Assembly: GCA_963834375.1 (NCBI GenBank)
Contig: CAWIBM010000002.1
Span: forward strand, 972,919-1,036,918
Reading direction: 5' to 3'
Length of the DNA: 64,000 nucleotides
Origin: an uncultured Acidimicrobiia bacterium
GTDB taxonomy: Bacteria; Actinomycetota; Acidimicrobiia; Spongiisociales; UBA5794
Positions 32,659 to 43,234 of this stretch are shown piece after piece. Numbering within the stretch: position 1 is the first letter of the stretch; every line of letters begins with the position of its first letter. The position numbers were made by a program, and so were the translations under genes. The notes beneath the pieces were generated by a model that had not been told where the DNA came from, ran no database searches, and saw nothing but the letters and a program-made list of their open reading frames with translations.

Positions 32659-32952
32659 ATGCACGCCATCGCGCTCCGCGTCGAGCTCCGGATCAGGGGA
32701 GCGCGGTCGCTGAAGGAGAAACGGCACACCGTGAAATCGGTCACCACCCAGCTCTCCTCCACGTTCGGTGTGGCGGTCGCCGAGGTCGACGACCAGGACA
32801 AGTGGCAGAAGCTCACCCTGGGTGTCGCCGCCGTCTCCGGGGAGGCCGGCCAGCTCACCCGGGTGGTCCACTCGATCGAGCGCTGGCTGGAGCGCCGCGA
32901 CGATGTCGAGGTCCTGTCTGTCGCAGCCGGCCCCATCGAGTCGGTGGAATGA
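32659..32952 (+). CDS. DUF503 (YlxP-like) protein
   Basis: 97 aa between infB and rbfA: 'RIRGARSLKEKRHTVKSVTTQLSSTFGVAVAEV'. Confidence 0.75.
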   Translation: MHAIALRVELRIRGARSLKEKRHTVKSVTTQLSSTFGVAVAEVDDQDKWQKLTLGVAAVSGEAGQLTRVVHSIERWLERRDDVEVLSVAAGPIESVE

Positions 32953-32961
32953 GGCGGGGCG

Positions 32962-33342
32962 ATGAGACAACCCCGTTCGTCGAGGATGCGCAAGGTAGAC
33001 GAGCTGTTGCGTGAGGTGATCGCCGAAGAGGTCGGCCGGCTCAAGGACCCGAGGATCGGCTTCGTGACCGTCACCGGCGTCGACACCTCGCCCGACCTCA
33101 GGCGGGCCACGGTCTTCTACTCGGCGATGGGCACCGACGAGGAACAGGCGGACATCGCCGACGCCCTCGCCCACGCCGCGCCACACGTCCAGCAGCGGGT
33201 AGCGGCCCAGGTGCGGATGAAGTTCACCCCGGTGCTCACCTTCGCCGTCGACGAGGCGGTGGAGCGGGGGTTGCGGCTCTCTCGCATCCTCCACGAGCTG
33301 GAACAGGAGCCCCCGATCGAGTTGGGCGAGGAATCCGAATGA
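32962..33342 (+). CDS. rbfA: Ribosome-binding factor A
   Basis: 'RMRKVDELLREVIAEEVGRLKDPRIGFVTVTGVDTSPDLRRATVFYS'. Confidence 0.9.
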   Translation: MRQPRSSRMRKVDELLREVIAEEVGRLKDPRIGFVTVTGVDTSPDLRRATVFYSAMGTDEEQADIADALAHAAPHVQQRVAAQVRMKFTPVLTFAVDEAVERGLRLSRILHELEQEPPIELGEESE

Positions 33343-34346
33343 CCTCACAGGACGGGCCCGGGACCACCGACGGCGCCACGGTCGCCGGCGGCGCCGGCGC
33401 GATGGCTGCGGTGGCGGCCGCCGTCGCCGCGGCACGGACCATCGTCACCGTCGGCCACGTCGGTCCCGACGGTGACGCCCTCGGCTCGATGGTCGCTCTG
33501 GCTCGCAGTGCCCGTCTCACCGGGCGGGCGGCCTGGGCAACGTTCGGCGAGCCATTCGTCATGCCGCACACGCTGCGCTTTCTCGACGCCGACGTGGTCG
33601 AGCACCCAGCCGGCGTCCCCGCCGCCTTCGACCTCCTGGTGGTGGTCGACTGCGCCGAGCAGAGTCGGTTGGGGAGTGCCGCGCCACTGGTGAAGCAGGC
33701 GGGGAAGGTGGCCGTGATCGACCACCACCTCACCCATGACTCGTTCGGGGACGTCGCCTGGATCGACCCGACCGCCGGGGCGACCGCCCAGATGGTGGTG
33801 ACGCTCCTCGCGCATCTCGGCTGGCCGGTCGACCGGCCGGTTGCGGAAGCGCTGTACGCCGGGATCGTGACCGACACCGGGCGCTTCCAGTACTCGTCGA
33901 CCACCCCGGAGCTGCACCGCATGGCCGCCGGGCTGCTCGACGCCGGTGTCGAACCCGACCGGATCGGCCAGCACCTCTTCGCCGAGGTCCCGTTCGGCTA
34001 CCTCGGCCTGGCTGCCGCCGTTCTGGGCAGGGCCGTCTTGGAGCCGGAGCGGTCGCTGGTGTGGTCGAGTCTCACCGCCGCCGACCTGGCGGCCGCCGGT
34101 GTCGCCTACGAGCAGGCCGACGGGCTGATCGACCTCATCAGGATCGCCGAGGAGGCCGAGGTGGCGCTGTTGCTCCGCCAACTGGACGGGACGACCACCA
34201 AGGGGAGCCTCCGTTCCCGCGGCCTGGTCGACGTGGCGGCGGTGGCCACCAGCCTCGGCGGCGGTGGTCACCGGAATGCCGCCGGGTTCACGGTGCCCGG
34301 TACGATCGAACGGGCGATCGAGCGGGTGCGCGAGGCCATGGGATGA
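33339..34346 (+). CDS. nrnA: DHH/DHHA1 phosphoesterase (NrnA-like oligoribonuclease / pAp phosphatase)
   Basis: 'VTVGHVGPDGDALGSM', 'VIDHHLTH', 'SLGGGGHRNAAGF'. Confidence 0.85.
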   Translation: MTSQDGPGTTDGATVAGGAGAMAAVAAAVAAARTIVTVGHVGPDGDALGSMVALARSARLTGRAAWATFGEPFVMPHTLRFLDADVVEHPAGVPAAFDLLVVVDCAEQSRLGSAAPLVKQAGKVAVIDHHLTHDSFGDVAWIDPTAGATAQMVVTLLAHLGWPVDRPVAEALYAGIVTDTGRFQYSSTTPELHRMAAGLLDAGVEPDRIGQHLFAEVPFGYLGLAAAVLGRAVLEPERSLVWSSLTAADLAAAGVAYEQADGLIDLIRIAEEAEVALLLRQLDGTTTKGSLRSRGLVDVAAVATSLGGGGHRNAAGFTVPGTIERAIERVREAMG

Positions 34347-35242
34347 GCCGCCCCAACGGGTTCCTGCTGGTGGACAAGCCACCGGGATGGACGTCGCACG
34401 ACGTGGTGGCCAAGGTCCGATCGGTCGCCCAACAGAAGAAGGTGGGCCATGCCGGCACCCTCGACCCGATGGCCACCGGGCTCCTCGTGCTCGGGTTGGG
34501 CCGGACCACCCGGCTGCTCCGGTTCGTCACCGCGGCACCCAAGGAGTACGTGGCGACGGCGCGGTTCGGGGTGGCCACCGACACGCTCGACGCCGACGGG
34601 GCCGTGTTGTCGCGGGAGCCGATGGCGGTCAGCGAGGAGGACCTTCGGTCGGTGGCGCACCGGTTCACCGGGACCGTGATGCAGGTACCGCCGATGGTCT
34701 CGGCGCGGCGGGTCGGCGGCCGCCGGCTCTACGACCTGGCCAGGGCCGGCGAGGACGTGGAGCGCCAGGCGCGCCCGGTGACCATCCACGAGCTCGAGAT
34801 CGTCGACTTCGCCCCGAGCGACTATCCGGAGGTCACGTTCCGGGTCATCTGCTCCACCGGCACCTACGTCCGCACGCTCGCCGACGACCTGGCCGGGGCC
34901 CTCGGTGGCCGCGCCCACCTCACCGCGCTCCGCCGGACCGCCAGCGGAGGGCATCGGGTCGAGGCCGCCCTCTCCGTCGAGGCCATCGTCGAGGAGGCGG
35001 CCGCGGGACGGCTCGCCGACCTCGTGTTGCCTGCCGCCCGAGGTCTCCCCGAGCTGCCCGAGGTCGTGGTGACCCACGACATGGCCGAGGGTGTCCGCCA
35101 CGGGATCGCCTTTCCCAGCAGCGTCCTCGGCGAGGGCGTTCCCGACCACGGGCCGGTGCGCATCACCGACACAGCCGGGGGCCTGCTGGCGATCTACGAC
35201 GTGGACGGCTCCCGCGCCCGACCCGAGGTGGTGTTGGGATGA
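34343..35242 (+). CDS. truB: tRNA pseudouridine(55) synthase
   Basis: 'GFLLVDKPPGWTSHDVVAKVR...KVGHAGTLDPMATGLLVLGLG'. Confidence 0.92.
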   Translation: MSRPNGFLLVDKPPGWTSHDVVAKVRSVAQQKKVGHAGTLDPMATGLLVLGLGRTTRLLRFVTAAPKEYVATARFGVATDTLDADGAVLSREPMAVSEEDLRSVAHRFTGTVMQVPPMVSARRVGGRRLYDLARAGEDVERQARPVTIHELEIVDFAPSDYPEVTFRVICSTGTYVRTLADDLAGALGGRAHLTALRRTASGGHRVEAALSVEAIVEEAAAGRLADLVLPAARGLPELPEVVVTHDMAEGVRHGIAFPSSVLGEGVPDHGPVRITDTAGGLLAIYDVDGSRARPEVVLG

Positions 35243-36216
35243 GGCTGCTCGAGGGCCCGCACGGCTCGTGGCCGGTCCCGGAGCGCAGGTCGGCGGTCAC
35301 CATCGGGGTCTACGACGGCGTCCACCGCGGCCATCGAACGGTCATCGCCGCCCTTGGCCGGGAGGCGGTCGAACGCGATCTGGCACTCACCGTGGTCACG
35401 TTCCGCACCCACCCGGCGGCGGTGCTCGCTCCCGACCGAGTGCCACGGCGCTTGACCACCCTCAGCCAGCAACTCGAGCTCTTCGACGAGCTGAGGGTCG
35501 ACCAGGTGGCGATCCTCGACTTCGACGACGCCTTGCGCCATCTGCCCGCGGAGGCGTTCGTCACCGAGGTGCTGGTCGACGCCCTGGCTGCGGCCGTCGT
35601 GTCGGTGGGCGAGGACTTCAGATTCGGCTACCGCCAGCAGGGCGATTGCGCCCTGCTGGCCAGGATGGGAGCGGCGCATGGGTTCCAGCTGGCGCCGGTG
35701 GCCATCGTCGGTGACGGCGAGGGCGCATTCACCGCCTCGGATGTCCGCGATGCGCTCGCCGACGGTGACCTCGGTGCCGCCGGGCGAATCCTCGGGCGCA
35801 GGTTCGCCGTGCGAGGCGTCGTGGTGCGGGGCGACGGGAGGGGACGCGCCATCGGCTTCCCCACGGCCAACCTGCGGCTGGTCGAAGCCCAGGCGCTCCC
35901 CAGGCGGGGCGTCTACGCCGTCTGGGTGAGGGTGGGAGACGGCGTTCTCCCCGGAGTGGCGAACATCGGGGTTCGCCCCACCTTCGACGGGACCGCCGAG
36001 GTGCTGGAGGCCCACCTGCTCGACCTGGCCGATCGGCCCGAAGGGGAAGGCAGCGAAGGGATCGATCTGTACGACCAGGAAGTCGACGTGGAGTTCGTGT
36101 CCCGCATCCGCGACGAGCAGCGCTTCGACGGGGTGGAGTCGTTGGTCGCCCAGATCGGGGCAGACGTCGCCGAGGCGAGGGCACGTCTCGACCAGGACGC
36201 CGGTTCATTAGGGTGA
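35239..36216 (+). CDS. ribF: Bifunctional riboflavin kinase / FMN adenylyltransferase
   Basis: 'AVTIGVYDGVHRGHR', 'GEDFRFGY', 'RGRAIGFPTANL'. Confidence 0.9.
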   Translation: MRLLEGPHGSWPVPERRSAVTIGVYDGVHRGHRTVIAALGREAVERDLALTVVTFRTHPAAVLAPDRVPRRLTTLSQQLELFDELRVDQVAILDFDDALRHLPAEAFVTEVLVDALAAAVVSVGEDFRFGYRQQGDCALLARMGAAHGFQLAPVAIVGDGEGAFTASDVRDALADGDLGAAGRILGRRFAVRGVVVRGDGRGRAIGFPTANLRLVEAQALPRRGVYAVWVRVGDGVLPGVANIGVRPTFDGTAEVLEAHLLDLADRPEGEGSEGIDLYDQEVDVEFVSRIRDEQRFDGVESLVAQIGADVAEARARLDQDAGSLG

Positions 36217-36610
36217 CCCGTCGGTCGGTCCGCTCCGCGTCGCCCTTCGAGCCTCGCTACGGGTTCAGCCGGGCGGTCCGGGTGGGGGACCGGGTGATCG
36301 TCGCCGGGACGGCGCCGGTCCCTCCGGAAGGCGAGGATGTCGCAGTAGGCGCCTATGCGCAGATGCTGCGATGCGGCGAGATCGCCCTGGCCGCCATGGC
36401 CGAACTGGGTGCCGGGGCCGGCCACGTGGTTCGTACCCGGATGTTCGTCGTCGACCCCGACGACGCCGACGCCGTCGGCCGGGCCCACGCCGAGTTGTTC
36501 GGTCCCGCCGCCCCGGCGGCGACCATGGTGGTGGTGGCCGGGCTGCTCGATCCGGCGTGGCTGGTGGAGCTCGAGATCGAGGCGGTGGTCGACGGCCCGG
36601 CCCGACTGAC
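36213..36610 (+). CDS. RidA/YjgF-family (Rid) protein
   Basis: 'FSRAVRVGDRVIVAGTAP...AYAQMLRCGEIALAAMAELGAGAGHVVRTRMFVVD...AATMVVVAGLLDPAWLVELEIEAVVD'. The true stop is uncertain (this frame stays open into antisense kup). Confidence 0.65.
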
Positions 36611-36620
36611 CGGCGGCCGG

Positions 36621-38531
36621 TCAGATGTCGACCGGGGTGCCGATCTCGATCACCCGGTCGTTGGGGAGCTTGAAGTAGGCGGCGGCGCTGCGGGCGTTCC
36701 GGTGCATGTATCGGAAGACGTTCTCCTGGAACGAGCCGAGACCGACGCCCGGTGTGGCCACCGGCGACTCCTTGCCCAGGAAGTAGGTGGTGTGCAGCGG
36801 GTCGAAGGCGACCTCTGCCATCAGCTGCCGCAGCTCGAGCGGAACATCCGGCTCCTCCATGAAGCCGTAGCGCAGGGTGACCTCGAAGAACCGGCTGCCC
36901 AGGTGGACGACCTTCTCGCGGCGGCGCGCGGGCACGCGAGGAGTGTTCTCCACCCGGACGGCGAGGAACACCACCGATTCGTGGACCGCCTCGTTGTGCC
37001 GGAGATTGGCGAGGAAGGCCGGCGGCACCCGCCCGGGGTTGGGGAAGAGGTAGACCGCCGTCCCGTTGATCCGTCGCAGTCCGGGCTTGCGCGCCAGGCT
37101 GTCGACCAGCGCCTTCAGTGGTTGCTCGCCCCTGCGCAGCGCCTTCGCCACATGCTCGCGTCCCGCCCGCCAGGTGCGCATCAGCCCGTACAGGATGGCG
37201 CCGAGCAGGAGGGGGAACCAGCCCCCGTCGGGGATCTTGACCAGGTTGGCGCCGAGGAACGCCAGGTCGACGACCAGGAACCCGCCCACCACCAACCGTG
37301 TCCTCGCCTTGCTCCATCCCCAGTGTTCCCGGGCATAGACCCCGATCAGGATGCTGGTGATGAACATGGTGGCGGTGACGGCCACCCCGTAGGCGGCGGC
37401 CAGGTTCGCCGAGGTCCGGAACCCCACCACCAACCCGACACAGGCGACGAGCAACCACCAGTTCACCGACGGGACGTAGACCTGGCCGAAGGCCGTCGCC
37501 GATGTGTGGCGCACATCCATCCTGGGGAGGAAGTCCAGCTGCACCGCCTGGTGGGTCAGGGAGAACACACCGGAGATCAACGCCTGGCTGGCGATGATGG
37601 TGGCGGCCGTTGCCAGGGCGATCAACGGGTACAGCGCCCACTCGGGGGCGAGCAGGAAGAACGGGCTCTCGACCGCCTCCGGGTTGTCGAGGACGAGGGC
37701 GCCCTGGCCGGCGTAGTTGAGCAGCAACGCCGGCATCACCACGGCGAACCAGGCACGTCTGATCGGCTTCACCCCGAAGTGCCCCATGTCGGCGTACAGG
37801 GCCTCCCCGCCGGTGACCACCAGCACCACCGACCCGAGGGCGAGGAAGGCCCGACCGGTGTGAGCCGAGAAGAACTCGACGGCGTACCACGGGTTGACCG
37901 CGGCCACGACCCCGGGGTTGCCGGCGGCGTTGAGCAGGCCGAGGACGGCGATCGTGCCGAACCACACCAGCATCACCGGGCCGAAGAGCCTGGCCACCAC
38001 GTGGGTGCCCCGGTTCTGGATGGCGAACAGCGCCACCAGGATGGCGACCGAGATCGGCACCACGAAGTGGGCGAGGTCCGGGGCGGCGAGCTCGAGCCCC
38101 TCGACGGCGGAGAGAACCGAGATGGCCGGGGTGATCGCCCCGTCGCCGTACAGCAGGGCGGCGCCGAACAACCCGAGCCCCACCAGGGCCGTGCGACGCA
38201 GCCGCGCCTCGGGGGTCGGGGCGACGAGGGCGGTGAGGGCCAGGATCCCGCCCTCACCCTCGTTGTCGGCGCGCATCACCACTCCGACGTACTTGACGGC
38301 GATCACGATCACCAGCGCCCAGAAGATCAGCGACAGGACGCCGAGCACGGTGGTGTCGTCGACCGGGATGCCGTGGCCCTCGGCGAAGGTCTCGCGCAGG
38401 GAGTACAGCGGGCTGGTGCCGATGTCGCCGAAGACGACCCCGACGGCGCCGATGGTGAGCGGGAGCAGGGCTCCCCGAGGACCGTGGGTGGTGGCTGGGT
38501 GGCGGCGGGGGGCGGCAGGGGCATCGGGCAT
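36621..38531 (-). CDS. kup: KUP/HAK/KT potassium transporter
   Basis: Intact 636 aa: 'GVVFGDIGTSPLY', 'NEGEGGILAL', 'VVTGGEALYADMGHFG'. Confidence 0.92.
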   Translation of the reverse strand: MPDAPAAPRRHPATTHGPRGALLPLTIGAVGVVFGDIGTSPLYSLRETFAEGHGIPVDDTTVLGVLSLIFWALVIVIAVKYVGVVMRADNEGEGGILALTALVAPTPEARLRRTALVGLGLFGAALLYGDGAITPAISVLSAVEGLELAAPDLAHFVVPISVAILVALFAIQNRGTHVVARLFGPVMLVWFGTIAVLGLLNAAGNPGVVAAVNPWYAVEFFSAHTGRAFLALGSVVLVVTGGEALYADMGHFGVKPIRRAWFAVVMPALLLNYAGQGALVLDNPEAVESPFFLLAPEWALYPLIALATAATIIASQALISGVFSLTHQAVQLDFLPRMDVRHTSATAFGQVYVPSVNWWLLVACVGLVVGFRTSANLAAAYGVAVTATMFITSILIGVYAREHWGWSKARTRLVVGGFLVVDLAFLGANLVKIPDGGWFPLLLGAILYGLMRTWRAGREHVAKALRRGEQPLKALVDSLARKPGLRRINGTAVYLFPNPGRVPPAFLANLRHNEAVHESVVFLAVRVENTPRVPARRREKVVHLGSRFFEVTLRYGFMEEPDVPLELRQLMAEVAFDPLHTTYFLGKESPVATPGVGLGSFQENVFRYMHRNARSAAAYFKLPNDRVIEIGTPVDI

Positions 38532-38772
38532 GCGGGAAGCGGCACCCTACTCGCAGGCCCGCGGTCCGAGCCGACGAGGGTCGGGAGGCATGCCGGTCAC
38601 TCCCGCAGCGCACCGACGCCCGCGGGTGGAGCTGGATGATCAGGCGGCGGTTGGACCCGGCAAGCCGGCGGTCAGGGCCAACCCCGCGGGCCGCATGCAT
38701 GGGGAATGCCGGATCCGGGTAGGCGATCGCCCACCATCACCGCGATGCAGCAACATCTGGAGGTCCCCTGCC

Positions 38773-39060
38773 GTGATTCCTGATCTGCCCGATGATCCCG
38801 ACCCTCCGGAGAGCCCGGACGAGGTGACCCCGGACGTGCCGGAGGAGTTGCCCGCCGAGGTGCCCGACGGTGCCCCCGGGCTGCCCGACCCGGAAACTCA
38901 GGTGGCGGACTCCGACACGTCGCACGACGTACCTCCCGAACCCTCTGATGTGCCGGGGATGCCGGACAGCGAGGTGCCGTCGGAGTTGCCGACCGTCCCG
39001 GATCCGGAGCAGCCCGGTGAGCCACCGTCGGAGATGCCGGACGGCGACGGCGAGAGTTGA
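38773..39060 (+). CDS. Hyper-acidic proline-rich small protein (95 aa), no recognised family
   Basis: GGAGG lies 8 nt upstream of GTG. 'VIPDLPDDPDPPESPDEVTPDVPEELPAEVPDGAPGLPDPETQVADSD...MPDGDGES' is ~40% D/E and ~25% P, with no signal peptide. Confidence 0.45.
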   Translation: MIPDLPDDPDPPESPDEVTPDVPEELPAEVPDGAPGLPDPETQVADSDTSHDVPPEPSDVPGMPDSEVPSELPTVPDPEQPGEPPSEMPDGDGES

Positions 39061-39185
39061 GCGTGGCCACGACCGACTCTCGGTCCCGAGTCTCTCGACC
39101 GCATGGGTGAACGAGGGGTCGTGGCACCCACGTTGCCTGGAGGCATGCTCGGGCCGGCCCGACGAACCCGATGACAGTGGTCCCA

Positions 39186-39574
39186 TGATGCGGTGGATCC
39201 TCTCGCTTGGACTGTTGATCCTGGTCGCCGGCTGCGGCGTTAACGGCGCATCTTCACCATCGGCGGCGACCGGGAATACCGCAACAACGCAATCGACGAG
39301 CACGACCGGCGCCGAGGGGTACGACCCATATCAGGGGTTCCTCGCCCTCGGGGGCACCGAACTGTGGGCCCAGGACGCTGAGTCTTGTGTGGGATTCCCG
39401 GTGATGTGTGGGCCTATGTGCTGTTCGCTGATCAGCGAAGATCCTTCACCCGAGGACGCCCAGACCCGGGCGCTGTCCGGATGTGGGACCGAGTGGTCAC
39501 CCGGGTCCCTCGACGCCATGCTGGCGGAGGCGTACCGGCAGGTCGAGGGATTCTGCCCATCCTCGTCGTCGTGA
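39186..39574 (+). CDS. Cys-rich lipoprotein, hypothetical
   Basis: 'MMRWILSLGLLILVAGCGVNGAS' is a lipobox signal. The mature part has 7 Cys ('...CVGFPVMCGPMCCSL...SGCGTEW...GFCPSS'). Confidence 0.55.
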
Positions 39575-39773
39575 CACGCCTGAGGGCGTCACCCACCTTT
39601 GGTCCACCGGGCCGCTGAGATCAGGAATAGATCGAGCGGCTTCCCGGCCTCCCGGTGCCGAGGTTGGCGAAGCGGACCGGCGACGGCTACCATCTGCGCT
39701 CGGACGTTCGTCCGCCGCATCTCCGCGCGAGAGGCCCAAGCGTCGCAGCGCGACACCGAAGCCCCGGGCCGGA

Positions 39774-40059
39774 CATGCTCCCTGTCGTGAAGGACACGCA
39801 GTTGAAGGACAAGCAGACCACCATCGAAGAGTTCGGCTCGCACACCACCGACACCGGTTCGCCGGAGGTCCAGGTGGCCCTGCTGACCGAGCGCATCAAC
39901 CACCTCACCGAGCACCTGCGGTCGAACCAGAAGGATCACCACAGCCGGCGAGGACTGCTGATGATGGTCGGCAAGCGGCGGCGTCTGCTCGGCTACCTGC
40001 GTAACCAGGATGTCGAGCGCTACCGCTCCCTCATCGCCAGGCTGGGCCTGCGCCGCTGA
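39774..40059 (+). CDS. rpsO: 30S ribosomal protein S15
   Basis: '[58 protein letters not shown]'. Confidence 0.9.
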
Positions 40060-40236
40060 GGGTGCAACCGGTGGGACGATCGTCGTCCCGCCGCACCGGA
40101 GATGCCTCCTCAGTAGGCATCCCGAACGGAGCAGGGGACACCCACCAGTTGTCAGTGGCGGGCGCTCTCTCCCTTGCGAGAGCTCCCACCACTGCCAATT
40201 GGTCCGTGTCTCCTCTGACAATCAAGGAGAACACGC

Positions 40237-42676
40237 GTGGCAGAGACCACCGTTCGTGCCCGGGTGGGCGACAAGGAAGTCGTCTTCTCGGCGGGCAAGC
40301 TCGCCCAACTCGCCGATGGGGCCGTTGTGGCCACCATCGGCAACACCGAAGTCCTCGTCACCGCCACCGCCAGCCGGTCGGTGCGTGAAGGCCAGGACTT
40401 CTTCCCGCTCACCGTCGACGTCGAGGAGCGGATGTACTCAGTCGGGCGGATCCCCGGCTCGTTCTTCCGACGTGAAGGTCGGGCCACCGAGAAGGCGACG
40501 TTGACCGCTCGCCTCATCGACCGCCCGCTTCGTCCGTCGTTCGACGACACCTACCGCTGCGAGACCCACGTGGTCGCCACGATCATGGCTGCCGACCTGG
40601 TCAACCCGTACGACGTCCCCGCCCTCAACGCGGCGTCGGCGGCGCTCACCGTGAGCGCCATCCCGTTCCTCGGCCCCATCGGTGCGGTCAGGCTGGCGCT
40701 GCGTGACGGCGAGTGGATCGCCTTCCCGACCTTCGAGGAGATGGACGAGTCGGTGTTCGAGATCGTCGTCGCCGGGAAGCGCAACGACACCGGAGGCGTC
40801 GACATCGCCATGGTCGAGGCCGGAGCCACCGAGAACGGCTACCGGCTCGTCCAGGACGGCGCCCCCGCCAGCGACGAGGAGACCGTCGCCCGCGGCCTCG
40901 AGGAGGCCAAGGAGCCATATCGGCACCATCATCGACCTGCAGCTCGACCTGCGCCGTCAGCTCGGCGAGCCGGAGCCGGTGGAGTGGCCGGTGGTCGAGG
41001 ACTACTCGGCCGAGCTGTACGAGCGAGTCGCCGCAGCCGCCCGGGCCAAGCTCGAGGCGATGGGCACCATCTCCGACAAGACCGAACGTCTGGGCACCGA
41101 GAAGCGGATCGCCGAGGAGGTGATGGCCGAGCTCGCCCTCCCCGAGGACGACCCGGCGCTGGGCTCCGCCGCCAAGCGGGCCTTCAGGTCCATCCAGAAG
41201 AGCGTGATGCGCGACCGGGTGGTGCGCGACGGCGTTCGGCTCGACGGCCGGGGCCTCACCGACATCCGGCCGCTGCACGTCGAAGTCGGGGTGCTTCCCG
41301 AGGTCCACGGGTCCGGTTTGTTCCAGCGGGGCGAGACCCAGGTGCTCAACGTGACCACCCTGGGCATGACCAAGATGGAGCAGATGCTCGACACCATCTC
41401 GGTCGAGGAGAAGAAGCGGTACATGCACCACTACAACATGGCGCCGTTCGCCACCGGCGAGACCGGCTTCATGCGTGGCCCCAAGCGGCGTGAGATCGGG
41501 CACGGTGCGCTGGCCGAGCGGGCACTGCTCCCGGTGATCCCGCCCGTGGACGACTTCCCGTACGCCTTCCGCCTCGTCTCCGAGGTGCTGATGTCGAACG
41601 GGTCGTCTTCGATGGCCTCGGTGTGCGGTTCGTCGCTGTCGCTGATGGACGCCGGCGTGCCGATCGCCGCCCCGGTGGCCGGCATCGCCATGGGCCTGAT
41701 CGCCCACGAAGGCCAGTTCGTCACGCTCACCGACATCCTCGGCGCCGAGGACGCCCTCGGCGACATGGACTTCAAGGTGGCGGGGACACACGACATGATC
41801 ACCGCCCTCCAGCTCGACACCAAGATCGAGTCGCTGCCCGCGGACGTGCTCATCAAGGCGATGCACCAGGCACGCGATGCCCGGCTGTTCATCCTCGGGG
41901 CCATGGCCGAGGTCATCGCCGAGCCGCGACCTGAGCTGGCCCCGAACGCCCCGAAGATCGAGTCGATCCAGATCCCCCGTGACCGGATCGGCGAGGTGAT
42001 CGGGCCCAAGGGCAAGGTCATCCGCGAGCTCGAGGAGGAGACCGGCGCCACCATCGAGATCGACGACGACGGCACCGTCCGAGTCGGCGCGGTCGACACC
42101 GCCTCGATGCAGCTCGCCAAGGAGCGCATCCTGGCCATCGGGTTCCCACCGGAGGCGAACGTCGGCGAGACCTACCAGGGCGAGGTGGTGAACATCACCA
42201 AGTTCGGCGCTTTCGTCAACATCCTGCCGGGTCGCGACGGCCTGTTGCACATCTCGAAGATGGGTGGCGGTCGCCGCATCGCCCAGGTCGAGGACGTGCT
42301 CGCCCTCGGCGACGACGTCCAGGTGGTGGTGCGCGAGATCGACGACCGGGGCAAGGTCAGCCTCGACCTCGCCGACGGGGTCGAGCTCGAGCTCAAGCCC
42401 GGCGCCAAGCTGCTCGAGCCCGGTGACAGCGGCGGTGGCTACGGCGACCGTGGCCGCGACTCCGGGCGCGACCGTGGCGGTCGTGACCGTGACCGCGGCC
42501 GGGACCGGGGCAGCCGTGACGGGGGACGAGGTCGGGAGCGTCGCACCGACGACCGGACATCGGGCACCCGGCACTCTGACGAGGCTCGCACCGAGTCCCG
42601 CAGCGCCGAGCCCGCCGCGTCGTCTGGGTCACGCACCGTGGTGTCCTTCGAGGACGACTTCGAGACCGGCTTCTAG
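40237..42676 (+). CDS. pnp: Polynucleotide phosphorylase with C-terminal Arg/Asp/Gly repeat tail, one apparent frameshift near 40920
   Basis: 'FFPLTVDVEERMYSVGRIPGSFFRREGR', then 'GTHDMITALQLDTKIE', KH and S1 domains, and the tail 'GDRGRDSGRDRGGRDRDRGRDRGSRDGGRGRER'. Confidence 0.88.
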
Positions 42677-42854
42677 AAGCCGGCTCGTTCGAACGCATGA
42701 AGGGCCCTCCCGGAGACGGGAGGGCCCTTCAGTGTCTTCTCTCTCCTCCCCCTCTGGGGAGGAGGGGCTGCAGCTCGGGCCGAAGGCCTTCACGGCAGAC
42801 GAGGAGGGGGTCGGGGGCGCCAGGCGAGTTGTGAGGCCCGGTGCGTGTGTTGTG

Positions 42855-43061
42855 TCAGTCCTCGAGGACGAACGTCAGCTTCATGTCGACCCGAAAGTGC
42901 TTGATGGTGCCGTCCTCGGCGAGCTCCACCTTGTGCTCGGAGATCCACGCCCCTCTGACATTGTCCACGGTCTTCTGCGCCTTGGCCAGGCCCTTGCGGA
43001 TGGCGTCTTCGAAGGACCCGGGGGAAGTCGACGTGATCTCGATGACCTTGGCAACAGACAC
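42855..43061 (-). CDS. Dodecin (flavin-sequestering)
   Basis: Intact 68 aa: 'MSVAKVIEITSTSPGSFEDAIRKGLAKAQKTVDNVRGAWISEHKVELAEDGTIKHFRVDMKLTFVLED'. Confidence 0.8.
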   Translation of the reverse strand: MSVAKVIEITSTSPGSFEDAIRKGLAKAQKTVDNVRGAWISEHKVELAEDGTIKHFRVDMKLTFVLED

Positions 43062-43178
43062 GAAGGAGCTCCTTTCGACATGCTCTTCCTTGGCAGCGTA
43101 CTCGTGACATACCCGGCGGCTGGCGCCGCCCTCCTCCCGCAGATGGGGCCCCTACCCCATCGCGGGCCGTGAAGTTCC

Positions 43179-43208
43179 CTTGTCAGTCGAACATATGTTC
43201 GACTAGGG
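43179..43208 (+). promoter_or_regulatory. SOS promoter with LexA box TCGAACATATGTTCGA (43187-43202) between a -35-like TTGTCA and a -10-like TAGGGT
   Basis: Perfect 16-bp palindrome matching the actinobacterial LexA consensus TCGAAC-N4-GTTCGA. It lies ~35 bp upstream of imuA' and ~125 bp upstream of divergent dodecin. Confidence 0.8.
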
Positions 43209-43234
43209 TGTGATGCCCGGCAGACAGGTGAGCG

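Noticed and set aside
36213-38639. 808-aa plus-strand ORF beginning with the RidA-like protein
   Set aside because: Only the first ~130 aa look like a real protein. The rest is antisense to the intact kup gene.
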